61,983 nt of DNA, filler included, from Choristocarpus tenellus KU-1152 (GCA_964200185.2; 10 parts of 10 records of this genome joined end to end with filler, not necessarily neighbours in it), one strand, 5' to 3'. Positions 1 to 13,728 are shown, counted from the first letter of the whole stretch. Numbers and translations are program-made. The notes: a model not told the origin generated them from the sequence alone.

Positions 1-179
1 ATTGAGGAATAAGAAAATAGGAATGTGCAAAATAATAATAATAATCCAGAATTCGTGAGCAAAACAAAGGTGGTTGGAGATCAACCAATATCTTATTGTA
101 TTTCCAAGTCAAATTAACTCGATTGTAACCAGTTTGACAACGACCACTTTAAAAGTGACGATATCAATCTATTACACTT

Positions 180-700
180 TGTAACATTTTATGGATGTAT
201 GATATACATACTTTTCTATTCCAACACAATTCCTACCTTGTTCATACATCTACAAATCAGATGGATATTTTATAGTGTTGACATTGAAATTTAGTTTTGC
301 TTTTTCCCTGATACATCTGGAAAATTTCAAAGAGGAAATAAATATATACTTTGAGAAAGAAGAAAACAACGCAATCTTCAATACAAAACAATGGGAAGTC
401 AAAATATCCTATTGTGAGAGATATCTTCGAAATATGATGTACCTTCAAGGTCACCTACCTTCAAACATCTACTTTTACATGAACTTAGAATCTTCTCGAA
501 GTAAATTGTGGGTGGTCTGAGGGGACCTTGCAAACCTCCTCGTTCACTTTTTGCTTGTTCACTCTATTGTCAGTGATCTTCTGAGGGATTGCTCTCTCCC
601 TTGCCTTGCCTCTCTCCATTCTCTTCCTTCGGTGGGTCTTTCTGTCCTCTTGTTGGCTCGTTTCCATCTGTTTCACTCTATACACATTTGTGAAGATGCC
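180..700. repeat. Degenerate pieces of the TGT-ended TIR repeat family also found at 44549-46929
   Basis: 301-329 tttttccctgatacatctggaaaatttca matches the TIR at 45294-45325; 572-680 (agtgatcttctgagggattg...gtttccatctgtttcac) matches 45009-45130. Confidence 0.65.
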
Positions 701-1179
701 TAATTTTGAACGTATTTACTGGTATCCTTAAATACAATTCTGAGTACCTCTCATTTGTTTTTACTCTTTAACTCGGTCTACTAAAAAAATATTTCTTCAC
801 GTAATAAATTTCAAAGTGGGGTCAACACACAATCTTGAACACTTGTCGTTGGATATTTTTAACCTTGAACAAGAGCCAGGAAATATATGTTATCTAAACT
901 ATTCTTTTTTCACTTTTTCCAACGTTTTTGGGGATGGATTTTTTGGGGGGGGATATCTCTTCATGTCATTGTGATCTTATTGGAATATCTCTCTTCAAAA
1001 CTCTCTCAACTACTATTGAAATTGTTTCAAACAATCGTCTAGTACACATGGGTTCTATTGGAGTGGTGGTTCTGAAGATAGGAGTGGAGACTCAGTAAGA
1101 AGGGGGGGTTCCCTTGCACATACCTATGCGACCGAAGTATTTCATACTTGGTGTGTTGCGAAATAAATGTCCCACACTC

Positions 1180-4100
1180 ATGGAGGCGGTTCGCATGAGT
1201 TTTCTTCGCAGTAGGGACTCTGACGAGACCCAAGGACTACTGGGATCAGAAAGAACTACCACTTGTGGGAGTAAACATGTTAGCTTGCGTGATTATCTCT
1301 GTCGTCTCCTTGTCCATCGGGGAAAAATATTTCTGGTGTTGTTGTTGGTAGCAGGGATCCTCATGAGGAGAGTTGCATCTACGTTAGGAGGAGTTGGAAT
1401 CATTACCACTACAAATATGGCGAGCAAGGAGACCCAAGAGTCGGCTTCTGTGTCTACGTTGGATGATCTATCTTTCAGGTGATACTGGGGTTCATTCTTT
1501 ACTATTCTAGACCTTCTATTGGACTCACGACCCTTCTCCATGTGCTATGCCAGATCCGTGCTAAACCATGAGACATTTGCACCATATATTTCACTTGCTG
1601 CACCATTCCCGTGTCAGGGCGACGAATGCGTACTATAAAGAAGCCCTCGATAAGCCAGGCCGAGAGTACCCTTGGCTTGCAGAAAAAGAGTTAGTGGAGC
1701 CGCACCGGCCCACAACGCTAAGAGTTGCCAACCCACGAGAGGGACATCTGTATGTTTGGGATATAAGAATGGTCCCTTGGGGCGAAATAGGAGAAGTAGA
1801 GGTGGCCAGTGGCTCGAGAAATACAATCAACACTATGGGGGCTGCTGCTAACAAACCATCCGTTACCAATATAGCGAGGTCAGGCAGTGGCGTGGAGAGT
1901 ATGTGCCATGGCAACAACATGACACTGTATGGCCCCGAGCCACAGGCTATATTCAATGGAGTCGGAACATATTCGTTAAGTCTCAGGTGAAGTCAATGAC
2001 ACCTTCTGGGAGTGTGCATCTGTAATGTTCCAGAGTCCGTCATATTGCTGCCGAGATTGTGATATGATATCGTGATAGATGTCCTTTTCCTCTACTTGTT
2101 TTGAAGTAAGTAGTTGCACCTAGGTGCTTTATCCTAATCCTTCTACCCTCCCATCTCCTCAATTTCGTTACTGGCCTTCCGGTTTGTGATTTTCACAACT
2201 CCCTATACCAACTCCAGTGTGTACAGCATAGAGGTTTGACATCCACGTTGTTCCATATTGTGTTAACATTCTCGTTTCTATGTACAACTTGTCGACTTCT
2301 GAAGTGACACACAGTACTTACTGTAAATGATTCTCCTCTGTACCTGACATGTCATACTCAATGCGTATATGCAAGAAGCTCTTCCTATGCGTTACTTGGC
2401 GTTGCTTTATTGGTTATCATGATCAATATTCCCCTGTTGTTCTACTGGTTATCCTTCTTTATAGGGAAATTTCCTCAGCTGGCTCCATTACACGCACTCT
2501 GTCAGTGCAAGTGGTGTGTCGATATGTCAGACGGGAGCTGCGCACTCTCAACCTTGAGGATCGGGAGGAGTTCCTGAACACCTTGAAGGTGTGAGATTAT
2601 CGAGGCTACAGATTGACCTCCCAGTCTTTTGTACACCCCCTACAGGTCCCATTATTTTCCCAATGTGTGCATATATATGTGTATGTGAGTGTGTGTGCGC
2701 CGACTCTGGCAAACATTGAGCAATAATATCCCTGGAGATCTGTAGCCTATGTTCTACATCTTATCAGTTGTTTCCTGAAGGACGAATGAGGTTTTTGTAG
2801 TTCAGATTTTGTGGATATATCCATCTTCAACTATGAATTCAGGGTTTTAGTAAGACACCGATGCGTTGTGAATGAGAAAAACCGTTGACAGTTTATGTGG
2901 ATTCACTTGTACCTTTTGTGGATATTAGGTAACATCATTCCACTCCTCCGATTTTCAATTTTTTGCAAGGAGCAGGAAACTTCTGGATTAGTTGGCAGCC
3001 CCCCAGGAAAATGAGTCCTTTGTAAGGCCTGATCTGGAAGCAAGGTGTAACTGAGGTATTGTTAGAGGTAGCTATTTGGCAGAGAGTACAGATATCATAC
3101 CCTAGAGTTTTGTTCACCCATGACACAAGCATTTAACATGAGCAATACTTCACTGTAACATAGCCATGCAAAGGAAAAAATTGGCATGTGACCAAAACAT
3201 CATGATTCTCGCCTCTATTTCATTTTGAAGCTCTTTAGAGTAGTTCAAACTATGGGATGACAAGCTGATATTGAACTTGAGTTAAAGTATCTTAGAGGGT
3301 ACGAATTTTGCCCTGTTCGTCCATTTGGGGGTTGCCTTCCCACATTTTTTTTTAATGATATTTTCCTACTCCGAAATGTTTTAGAGTAGGAAAAATGTAT
3401 ACGTTATGAGAAAGTGTGTCCGGAATAAGGATATTGACACTTCCTAACAAACACAATAGCCAAAATCGCAACATTGGATTTTAGCCTCCCAAACGGACAC
3501 GACTCTACCCTCTTAGATACTTTGGCTCCTTTGACTGTTTTTGATCGCATGTTGTAAGCCATCGATAGGCATTTAAAGATGCAGGCAAACAGGCTCACAG
3601 TATCCCACATTGAGCTTAGAGGACGGTTTGTTTAATGAGATTGTGTCAGGTGCTAGATTGTATCACTGGATGAACCACAAGACAACTTCTCAGGTCCAGC
3701 AGAGTTGTAGGAATAGTGCTTGATTGGATTTGATGCAACGAAACAGAACAGGATGTTTGCCTTGTGGGTGAACAGCTGTTATTCATCATATGTTGGACCT
3801 CGATCACAATGTGCATGTCTGGTACAACTTGAGTCCTGACCTATGCTTTGAAGTTTTGAAAAACGTTCCTCCCCCTTTCTTTCCCCAATGCCATACCCAT
3901 GCCTGTAAAAAAGATTTTATATGACACCCCTCTGAAGGAAGGAAAAGAGAAGTATGGTGATGCATACCTGGACTTCTGGTCTCTGTACAAAATACACTTC
4001 CGGGGTGCATCAGACCCGTCTTGTGATAGGTTTGTGATCATGATGATTGCATGACTACAGATGTACTACAGTGATTCAAAACGTCATTACTGTATGCCCT

Positions 4101-7100
4101 TGTCTTCTTGTTAACACAAGTGGACACAAGATTGTGGTTTACCCAGGTACTCACTTTATCTTGGCACCTTGCCGCAACTCTCTCTGAGAACTTGACTGTC
4201 ACTGCCGTCATACATACGTCTGTCGCATGGGGCCCAGGCAAACATTCATCCCTGAAGATAACTCCTGGGAGTACTCGATTTCCCTTCTGGGCTCTCTCTC
4301 TCTCACAGGTTGCATGATGGCTTGGGCTTTCTAGTGTCCCATGCAATGTTCACCAACTTGATGGAGGAGGCCATGCAGACAGTGAACCCTGCCGTGACCA
4401 TGCCCTACTGGGATACAACCCTCGACTGGACAACCTTGACTGCCGATTACAACGGCGACTACAGTAAGGAACAGTTGTATGGCATGCCATTTGAAAGCCT
4501 TGTTGTGGGTGGCGGAAGGAAAGTCCCATGTTTTGTTGTTTTCTAGTGAGTAGAATTAGATGTATTACTATATACAATTAGATATATCATTATATACAAT
4601 TAGATGCATTATCGTATTGTATTGAGCCTCTTTCTTTGCACTATGTCCGCAATAGCTCCGACTATTTGCATCTGTCTTTATATATATATTTTTTTTTTCA
4701 TGCTGCTACTTCTCCGATAGGGGTCTATGATGATAAATATGTATCTATGTATGAAAGATGTAAGGATAATCACATACGATACGACAAATATTCCGCGCCT
4801 TGGACAACACTACACTATTGTAACACCATGTTAAATATTACGTACATCTTACTTCCTCGTTGGGAATTAGATGTAATATTGCTGTTGCAGCTCCAATGAA
4901 GAGATGTTACTCTTTTTCTCGTGTTAATATTTTATGGGGTGTATTATGCACACACTAAAAGGTTGCCCACCATCATCTCAAGCAAATTGGGGTAGTCTAC
5001 ACCTATCTACAATTCCACCACTGAAACCCCCTAAAACTCCATTTTAGCAAGGTTTTTCACCCCATCCACCCGAGCTTGCTCGCCTTCTCGACCTTTTCCT
5101 TACTTAGATGGGAAATTTTGAAGACACTGTCACCCTTGCACCCCAGCACTTCGTCACAGACTGCGAAGAGGCTCTGCTAGATTCACTCTAGTGTCTCCCA
5201 CGGGTATGCACTGAACACCTCCATTTTTGGCCTCTATCAGCTCCTCTGTGGTCAACCCTGTGTCTTCCTTCAGTTGCTGGATGGAATGAAAGAATCCCAT
5301 GTCGTTGATATGGAGGTCAGGTGAGTTGGCTGGCTATTCTCTATGACAATGTCATCCCCTCAATTGCCTCCATGTTCCCCCCCTTGATGTGTGGCTTTGC
5401 CTAGTCTTGCTGCACAAGATGGTGTGTCCTTCCAACCTAGGCATGCGGGCCTTGATTGCCAGGATGACATCCATGATCATGAGCTTCTTATACCTCTCCC
5501 CGTCCACTGTGGCTGGCACAAGCACCTTAAGTGTCCAAGATTGACCGGATCACGATTTTCCCTTCAAACCACACCCCATTGGAGAGCTTCCTAGGGCGGT
5601 CCACAGCTGCAAGAAACATCACCTTTGTTATGTAACGCTTATTCTGTATCCTTAGTGGGTTGGAGGGGTCCTCAGTGGGGTCCAGGTACACACCTTGCCC
5701 GTCTTTGAGGGTGTAAAACCACTTCTGGTCCACATGCACCCAATCCTATAGTTTGTCCACTAATACCCAACTTCACCCTCTCCTGTGAGTGTGACTGATG
5801 ACAAAACCCACCCAGCCTGTTGACTTTCTGCTGGTCTGAGAGGACTGCCTTAATCCACCACTTGACCATCACATCGTCACGCTTGCACAGATCCCACAGC
5901 GAGGTAAGGGAGACCCTAGGTTTGACCGCTGATGTTCGGAAGGATGTGGGGTGTACCAATGGGACATCCCAAATGTCGAGGATATTTGTATGATGACCAC
6001 ACACACCCCGTGCGACGTCATAAAATATCCATGCATTCACCTGTGCGATGTGACTGTCATCTCCTTCAGATGACTGAACATGGGTGACGGCGGGATGAGC
6101 TAGGTGCTTGAATGACATAGGGCCTTCGTCCTCGACATTCCAATAAACACCCGCTTTAACAGTTACACGAGGTTTTGAACCCCGTCAAATGCGACTTGGT
6201 TGACTTTGCACTGGTGATCCTCCACGGTCATGATAGCCCACCGTCTCAAACTTTGCACGCCTCCCAATCTATAAGAGAAGCGTGCCTCGTCCTGAGGGTT
6301 TGTCACATGGATTGTTGCCAGACGAGAACGGAGCTTGTAATAGTCATGTTGTAATCAAATCCGAGCAGAGGAAGTTCATGAGATGTATGATTTGGTTTGG
6401 AGACGCTATGGGTGCTAGATGGTGTTCTATATGTTTGAATTGGAGTATTACGAGCGTAGAGTGGACAGTCCTGCATGTATGTTCGCCATCAGTGTTATGG
6501 GTATAAGTAACACATTGTTGAGTGATAATCGTTCAAGGTGCGAAATCTCGATGTACCATAATTTAATACGTTTCTAAGGATGTTCAACCCCGCCCTGCCC
6601 TTGATTTTTTGGTTATTTTCTGATCTATTAAAGCCAAGTGCATGGGATGATAACATGCACACGGAAACCGTCTGTTCCCATGTTTCTACACGCATTTATG
6701 GGTATGTAAGAGCAAAATCCAACAAGCCGTAGATATACTCATATATATAAGGAGGGTGATCTAACGTACATTACATCTTAAATATGGGTGGGGGCAAAGG
6801 ACAAGGTTTGGAGTTTGGTGGAATGGATACCTAGTATACCCGAGCTAACTACTGTTTCCCTTCTTCTAGATGTGATCATCAGACTCATCAGGGTGCAATT
6901 GCTCCCATTCTCAGCTGTTAGATTCATATCCTCCATGGTACTGTGTGATAACCAGTGTGCTGTGACCTGCCTCTTTTGATACCATGGGTGAATTCTACCT
7001 CAATAACAGTCCTTAGTCGTGCACCTTACTGCTGATTGCATTGACTTCCCAGTGGACAGACAATTTCACACTGTCCCTGATTTTCCTGGTGCTTATGTAT

Positions 7101-10100
7101 GTTTGTGCCTGCTCCCCCATGTGGTGGGGCAATTGTACATTATCTGAAATAGAAATGTTGAAGGAAGCCACAGGTTTGTGGACACCGGAGTGGTTTGGTG
7201 CGGCAAATGAAGAACAGGACATGGTAGTCACTGATGGGAGGTGGGCGTACACATCGGTGAGCAGAAAACAATCAACGTGTGTAATTTGTGAGTGTGGAAT
7301 GTATGTGCAGTGGAAAGGGAAGTATTTCTGTAGAAGAGTCTTGAAGGTGGGACGGTCTTCCCTGTGTGTTGATGGTGTTGATTAAATGTATATGTGAGTG
7401 TGATACTGTAACTGGAGCTACATGTTTTGGATTGCATCGAGGCTCAGGACACACAGCTTGCAGTTAGGTTACTCGATTGATTTATATTTAGTGCTTTTCA
7501 GGAGACACAGTGCTTGTTACTTGTTTTTGTAACTCGCAATTTCTCTTCTATGATCAGGTGCCACAGTTGGAGGACAGTAGTGTTTCCCCCACAAAGGGTA
7601 ATGTGTATGGGCTTATGGAGTCACCATGGAACACCAATAACGTGCCGTGAGTCCCTTCGTTCATATCCGTTTTGTTTGATTGTTACTTCTATTGCAATGT
7701 TTCCTCCCTTGTTCCTCTCTCTTTGTCTCACGCACACACTCCCATGCTCCCATGCAATTGTGTGGGCTGCGGACTGTTTGTGGTTAGTAGACAAAAGTAA
7801 ACATGAGGTACAAGAGGTTTCGACCGTTTTTGGATTTTTGGACACATATTCTTTCGCCGCTTGGAATTTACCCTTGTTTCTATGGATGAAATGCTTAGAA
7901 GAGCGTTAAGTTCTCTATAGCTTAAGAAATTTCAACAGGTTTTTCAATTTTTTTCTCAATACGTTTGTACCAAAACAAAAAACTTGCACATATTGATGTC
8001 CTTCAAATGTAATCGTGGGTACCACTCCTTTACTTCATCTCGGTGGAACTTGTTGAAATTGACAATAGGAAATGTTTCTAGTTGTCTTTTTACGTTTTTA
8101 ATCAAGGGTAAACAGTTGCTCAAGTTGCTTCTGGTTGGATCAATTGCTTGTGATTGTGTGTCATTCCGCTCAACTCTATTGTACAGCTATGTCCTTGTCA
8201 GCAACCATGCGCACTGGCCAACTTCACAGTGCAAAATAGGGATTATTTTTGAACTAGGATTTGTACTCATTAGTTTGCTTCAGCTTGTTTCTGTTTCTGG
8301 TCTCAATTTCTGTTTGTGTCTCCTTGGGGCTGGTTTTCATTTGACATAATCCCCCCGGTGAATATATAGCAACATATGCCCTGTCTGCTGCAACCGACAT
8401 TAGCTAAATTCGCAGATTGTTGTGGCAACATGCTGCTGCTGCATACTCGAGTAGTTCAGGAATATGAATTTTCAGACAACCGTTGAGGTGCCTGTGCTGA
8501 AGTGAAGTACTAGTCTCCGCAGTAGTTTCAGGAACCTATCCTACGAATATTTCTATTCAAGGTCATGGTCCTTTGAAGGTGTCTCGTGTTTAGCCTCTTG
8601 TCTTGGCTTCCTACAAGTGAAGTGCAGATTCCAGGGGCTATTTTTTTTGTGGCTTTATGGTGTGGATGTTCGTTTAAGGCGTTTCCCTTTCACTGTCCCT
8701 AACCCTAACCCCCATCCAGGTTCCTGTCGCGTTCCTTGGGTAGCCTGTGCGGCGTTAATGATGAATTTTACGGTTGGTCCACCTGCAAAGATCACTTCGA
8801 CCTATTGATGAATTATAGCTCCCTGTATGCCTACACCTGGAACAGCATGTATGACGCACATGCAAAAGTCCACATCTGGATAGGAGGAACTTTCAAATGC
8901 ACAGACACGTAAGGGGACAGCTTATATTGGTGTCAAGGCATGGCCCTCTTTCTAATGGCAAGAACGAAACCCCTTCTTCGTCCACGTATATACTCATCTT
9001 CAGTGTAACACATCTCAGTGGTCATGGTATGCATTTGATATCCACATCCAACGACACTTAGGTCCTTGTGGACTACAGGTGGAGGTGAAGGAGTGACTTT
9101 GTCGCTTGGAGGGGGGTTGAGCAAGACATTTTTTGGATGTTTTAGATTCCTCTCTACCTTCCTCTCTTAGGCAGAGACTTCTGCCCCGCCAGTACATGTA
9201 TGCTTTTGTCATTCTCCTTGAACGTGCCAGATTTGTAGGTCATTTCAACTGAACAGTTTGAATGTTAATTATGCCAGATATTTGCATTTATTCCCCCTAC
9301 ATTGGACTACTATTTGTGGTGGGTATCATGGTGTTTATTTTGTTGTGCTCACGCTGACGTTTTTTTCATAATTCCTGAGGGTACAAACACCCAAGACAAC
9401 GGACTTTTTTGTTGCCTACCTACTACATGGTACCAGGGTGGTGCTGCTGCTAGTGTTGTGACAAAATGTTCATCATGCACAACCATTTGCTAACAGGTTT
9501 TCTAGTGGGTTCTAGTTTCACTACAAGTGGACTACAATATTCTTTAGTTATTATTGAGCGACTTTTCATCCTAGACTAGAGAGTGAACCTCTTTGTAACA
9601 GCTCAACCAAGAAAGGAACTCTACCTTGCGGCATTACCATGAATCACAAACGAAAACTATGCACTCTTCCTCGCTACATTCAACTGAAAACCATCTCAAC
9701 GATAGTCACAAGTACTGCTGGGGAGGTGGTGCGTAAGGGAGTTGGCGAGTGTTGCATTAACCTTTCTCTGTCGGAAGAGTTGATGCCATTTTGGTGAGTG
9801 CTCTAGTATGTACCCTAAAGTATGTGCTTGATTTGTACCCCCATGTGTGTCAGGTATGACCAGCTTGAATACTTGGTGGGAGAAGACCTGGCAAAAGACC
9901 TTAGGGGCCTGTCCCAATATCACAGGGTGTACGCCTGGCGAACCAAGATATTCAAGTGTCATGGCTCAGGTAAATGGGAGTCAAAATGATATTGAGGACA
10001 TAAAAAAGTGCGTCTATGAGGATTACTGTTGATGTTGTAGTGAGGATGTTCAAAATATGCTTCTCCTACATGTACTGACGGAAACATGTGTCTTAGTTTA

Positions 10101-13100
10101 CCATGTAGACTTTTTGAGTTGAAGTACTGGTGACAATGCTCGTTTCCATGACTGATTGGCTGATGTGGTGATAAGCCGCTTGACACCCCAAACCTGTAGA
10201 GGACTAGTTGGCATTTTCGGTAGTGTTCTTAGTGCCCTCACCTTCTTAATTAATCGTGCTTTAAAATATGTATGTGGGGAGATGTTAAGTGCTTGCTTTG
10301 ATCGTGTACTTTTGGGTTGTGTCCATTAACTGTTTTGCTTACAGATAGAGTTTATCTCAAGATGTTGGGCACAAAGTTGGCGATCCTTGATATACTTTGG
10401 AGTATCACTGGCGGGAATTGCTCCACCATAAATATATTTGTAAGAGTGTGCTCCAGAAGCCCTTTTTAAGCTTGTAGAAACTACAGAAGTGTGTGCACCC
10501 TGCTGCCAGTGTTCTTGAACTATCACGATCGCCCTCACCCTTGAATTCTACAGCAGTGCATCACATCCCATCCTCATTCCTTAAGTTCTACACTCGTTCC
10601 TTTGATTTTACCCTGACCATGCTTCACATCTGATGGCTATCTCTCCTTCTGCAGCGGAACTGGGGATTCCACAGGAGGACATCATGAGTGGTGACAATGA
10701 TGATGAGGTTGTTTGCGGATGCCTGGACTATGACCTGTCCAACATGGAGGATGTCCTAACTCTTCTCTCGAAGTTCCCATTCCTAGAAGATATGCTCAGT
10801 AAACAGTAAGACCATTTCTTAATTTTAGTTTATTGTAGAAGCATGATAGGATGTTACTGATACGCTACACGGCTGCGATAGGAAAGGGTGACTTAGACTG
10901 TGGGGTTGCCCCAGGTATGATCTGGTGCGAACATTTCGGTAGCAGTGCCGGCGTGTCACCACAACAACTATATGATAAAATACAACACCTGAAGGTGTGT
11001 TGACCTCTACCCCCTGCCATGGGCAGGGGATTTTGGTGTCCTCTTTGGGGAATGAAGGATGTAATGCTGTACTGCTTTCAGAGTCAACCTACATCAGCGT
11101 ACCTGCATAACGAGTCTGTCTCCTTGTTGACCCTGGCCACATTGTGTCCGCTGTTCCCTCATACAGGACCCTTGAGGTGAAATTTGCTGTGCTTCGCCTA
11201 CTGTGTACAAGTGTGGTAAATTTCGGGAACCAACTCACTTCAAGCTCACCTATAGACCCTACCTTCTGGCCGATACACCCCTCAATGGAGAGACTCCTGA
11301 TGTACAAGTTGCTAACTGGTAAGGCTCTTGACAAAAAAACACCTTTCTGAATACCCAGTTTATCAACTGATATTCTTGGTTGGGCAACATCAATGACAGC
11401 ATTAATGTGTTTCTTGGAGTTGTGTGTGTACATTGTATCACACACCTCACCCAGCGCAGACAACACAGTTATCCATCAAATATTTTTCAAGGAGTTTATA
11501 TTTCAGGGACACATTGTGTGGATCTTTGCTTCCTTCATGGTCCTTCTACCTCTTGCAAGTCTGTGCCCATGTGTCTATTTCGTTTTCGCTTCACAAATAA
11601 TCAGATCCATTGTGTGCCTGAAGAAGACACGCGCCTCAAGCATTACTATGTTCCCTTTCCCCATTGACATGAAAAGGTACAATGACAGATATGACTTGGC
11701 CAGAGCAAGGCTCTACCTATCTTGACGAGAATGGTGTGGAGCAGGAAATCTCGATTCAGCTTCAGAAGAACGAATGCTTAGGTAAGACAACAAACAAGCC
11801 CAGTTTTCCATGCCAAGATCATAACGTGTACGTACTCCTGCATACAAAACCATTGAGTCAACAGATGACAAGTCGGTGTGATGAATGCTTATAGTAGATC
11901 ACAACACAACACAAGAACCTCCTGTGAAAGCGATGGGAGATCAGGTATGAAGGTCAGCCTATCAGTAATCTCTGTCATAAGTCCAACTACATGAACTTGA
12001 GTTAGACAGTTGCATAGTTATAGAGGTAGTTACAGAGGTTTGTCCAGGAGTTGTACTAGATGCCCAGGTAATGGAACAATGCTCTTCTCAGGTTTTTAAT
12101 TTTTTACTTCAAATGCACATTCTGAACATAGAATTTGAAAGTGAAAGATTAGTATCCACATAATGTTCCATTCGGCATCACACAAAGGAATGATCTTGTT
12201 GCATGTTTATTTTATCAAGAAAGATGGGGGACATGGTGAAAATGTTATTCTCACTAGATCTTGCAGAGATACGCTGATGTACTCAATCCTCAATCCTCCG
12301 CCTCACCCTTGCCATGCACACCGATGAAGAATGGCAAGATGTAGCAGTTATTATAACCCAATCACCAAACCCTGCGTGTAAGGTCCCGGTAGTCTGCCTC
12401 AAGACCCATTCCGTAGACAATTCAGGGCAGAGGTCCAGTGATGTGGTGGAGTATTATTGATTGCAGATGGAGTCAAAGCGATAATGCTAGTGATCATAAA
12501 GTTTTTCCTAAAAATGTACTCTCAGTTGTGTTTCCCTGGTGTAATTCGGTTTTGATGCACAGGTCATGGTCCCCTGAACAAGTTCCCCTACGGCCTTATA
12601 ACAGAACAAGAGGGTATTCCTATCAGGCTAACTCTTTCTGGTATCAAGAAGAAGTTTACCCTCACAAATCTGGAGGTGAGCCATACTGGCCGGTTTTCAT
12701 TACTTGAGTGTAACCTGCTACAACCCCTACTACATTGTTTGTCTATGATACCTCATGTGAGTTGCATCCCTTCAAGGTGTGATCTATTCCCTTCAATGTA
12801 TTCAATACTTCATGGTTCCTGTCTCTACATGCAACGGAAAATTGTAATCTGCCTCACTAAATTCGAAAAAATAATGTGTTATCACTATGCTCTTGTCTTG
12901 CACCATTAGTACATGGGGAGTTGCTTTTCGTGTTTCTTTTTGTCTCATAGGTTTCCTCCATTGCCCTGCAATTCTGGGTTGGGTTACTCTGTCTCACAAT
13001 TCTGAAACGTGCCTATTCATCAGATGCTTGGTGCCATGGACCCAAGAAATCCAACCTTAAGCTATGTGTACGACAACTTCGATTGGTTGCACTGCACCCG

Positions 13101-13248
13101 TGATGGGATCAACTTTGATGATGTCTGGGACTCCAGTAAACAGCCAACAAATGGTGGCAGCCCTTACAATTTGTTCTCAAACAACAGGAGCACAATATAT
13201 TCCCTCTTGTCCTACTTTAGAGAACTGGGGAAGAAATATGAGATGTGA
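1180..13248 (+). CDS. Type-3 dicopper tyrosinase/polyphenol-oxidase-like protein with N-terminal membrane anchor, 14 exons, 768 aa
   Basis: Hand-spliced GT-AG exons: 1180-1478, 1618-1986, 2465-2588, 3914-4029, 4309-4463, 7153-7256, 7558-7646, 8720-8908, 9854-9969, 10655-10805, 11167-11318, 11677-11781, 12563-12675, 13024-13248. Total 2307 nt, all phases match, no internal stop. Motifs: YVRRELRTL..DREEFL (domain start); CuA KIH-x12-H-x8-H (IHFRGASDPSCDRLHDGLGFLVSH); PYWD; CuB HAKVHIWIGG ... SPIDPTFWPIHP; C-terminal YVYD. Hydrophobic IFLVLLLVAGILM in exon 1. Start could also be ATG 1195. Confidence 0.93.
3279..3528. mobile_element. MITE family A copy (tyrosinase intron 3)
   Basis: TIR GAGTTAAAGTATCTTAGAGGGTA ... 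TACCCTCTTAGATACTTTGGCTC; flanks ctt/ctt. Confidence 0.9.
5100..5940 (-). mobile_element. Decayed Tc1/mariner transposase (plant/oomycete DD39D-like clade) in tyrosinase intron 5
   Basis: Minus-strand motifs in order: SLTSLWDLCK..WIKAVLSDQQKVNRL, VHVDQKWFY, QNKRYITKVMFLAAVDRPR..WFEGKI, QQD*AKPH, PANSPDLHINDMGFFHSIQQL; stops and frameshifts. Boundaries approximate. Confidence 0.85.
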
Positions 13249-13376
13249 CATTGGAGAGAGCTCAGGTAGCCCTTACAATTTGATCTCAAACAACAGGAGC
13301 ACAATATATTCCCTCTTGTCCTACTCTAGAGAACTGGGGAAGAAATATGAGATGTGACATTGGAGAGAGCTCAGGT
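13159..13376 (+). repeat. 109-bp tandem duplication covering the tyrosinase C-terminus, stop codon and start of 3' UTR
   Basis: Copies 13159-13267 and 13268-13376 differ at two positions (ttgttc/ttgatc; tacttt/tactct). Confidence 0.95.
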
Positions 13377-13728
13377 ATATGCAAAATTTTCGCGTTGAAG
13401 AGTATACTGAACGACTGAATGCAATTGAGTTTTGTTATCATTGATGTCGCCTTAACCCTACATGATAGAGGTGTTTTTGTAATTTACCCGCCTGAATCGT
13501 TTGATTGTAATGATGTTGTCCTTCTCTTGATACATCGCACTAGCCATAGTCCCATAGATTTGATTCTGGTATATGCGTTCTGTCACTTCATGTGCTGCAG
13601 AGCTCTGTAATAATTTGAATGTTCTATATTTGTAGAACCAAATCTACTCAGTGCTACAGCGCTCAAGTTTTGTTCCTTTAACAGTGGATTTTCAAAATTG
13701 AGGTAGGAGCGGAACTATGAGGTTGGTT

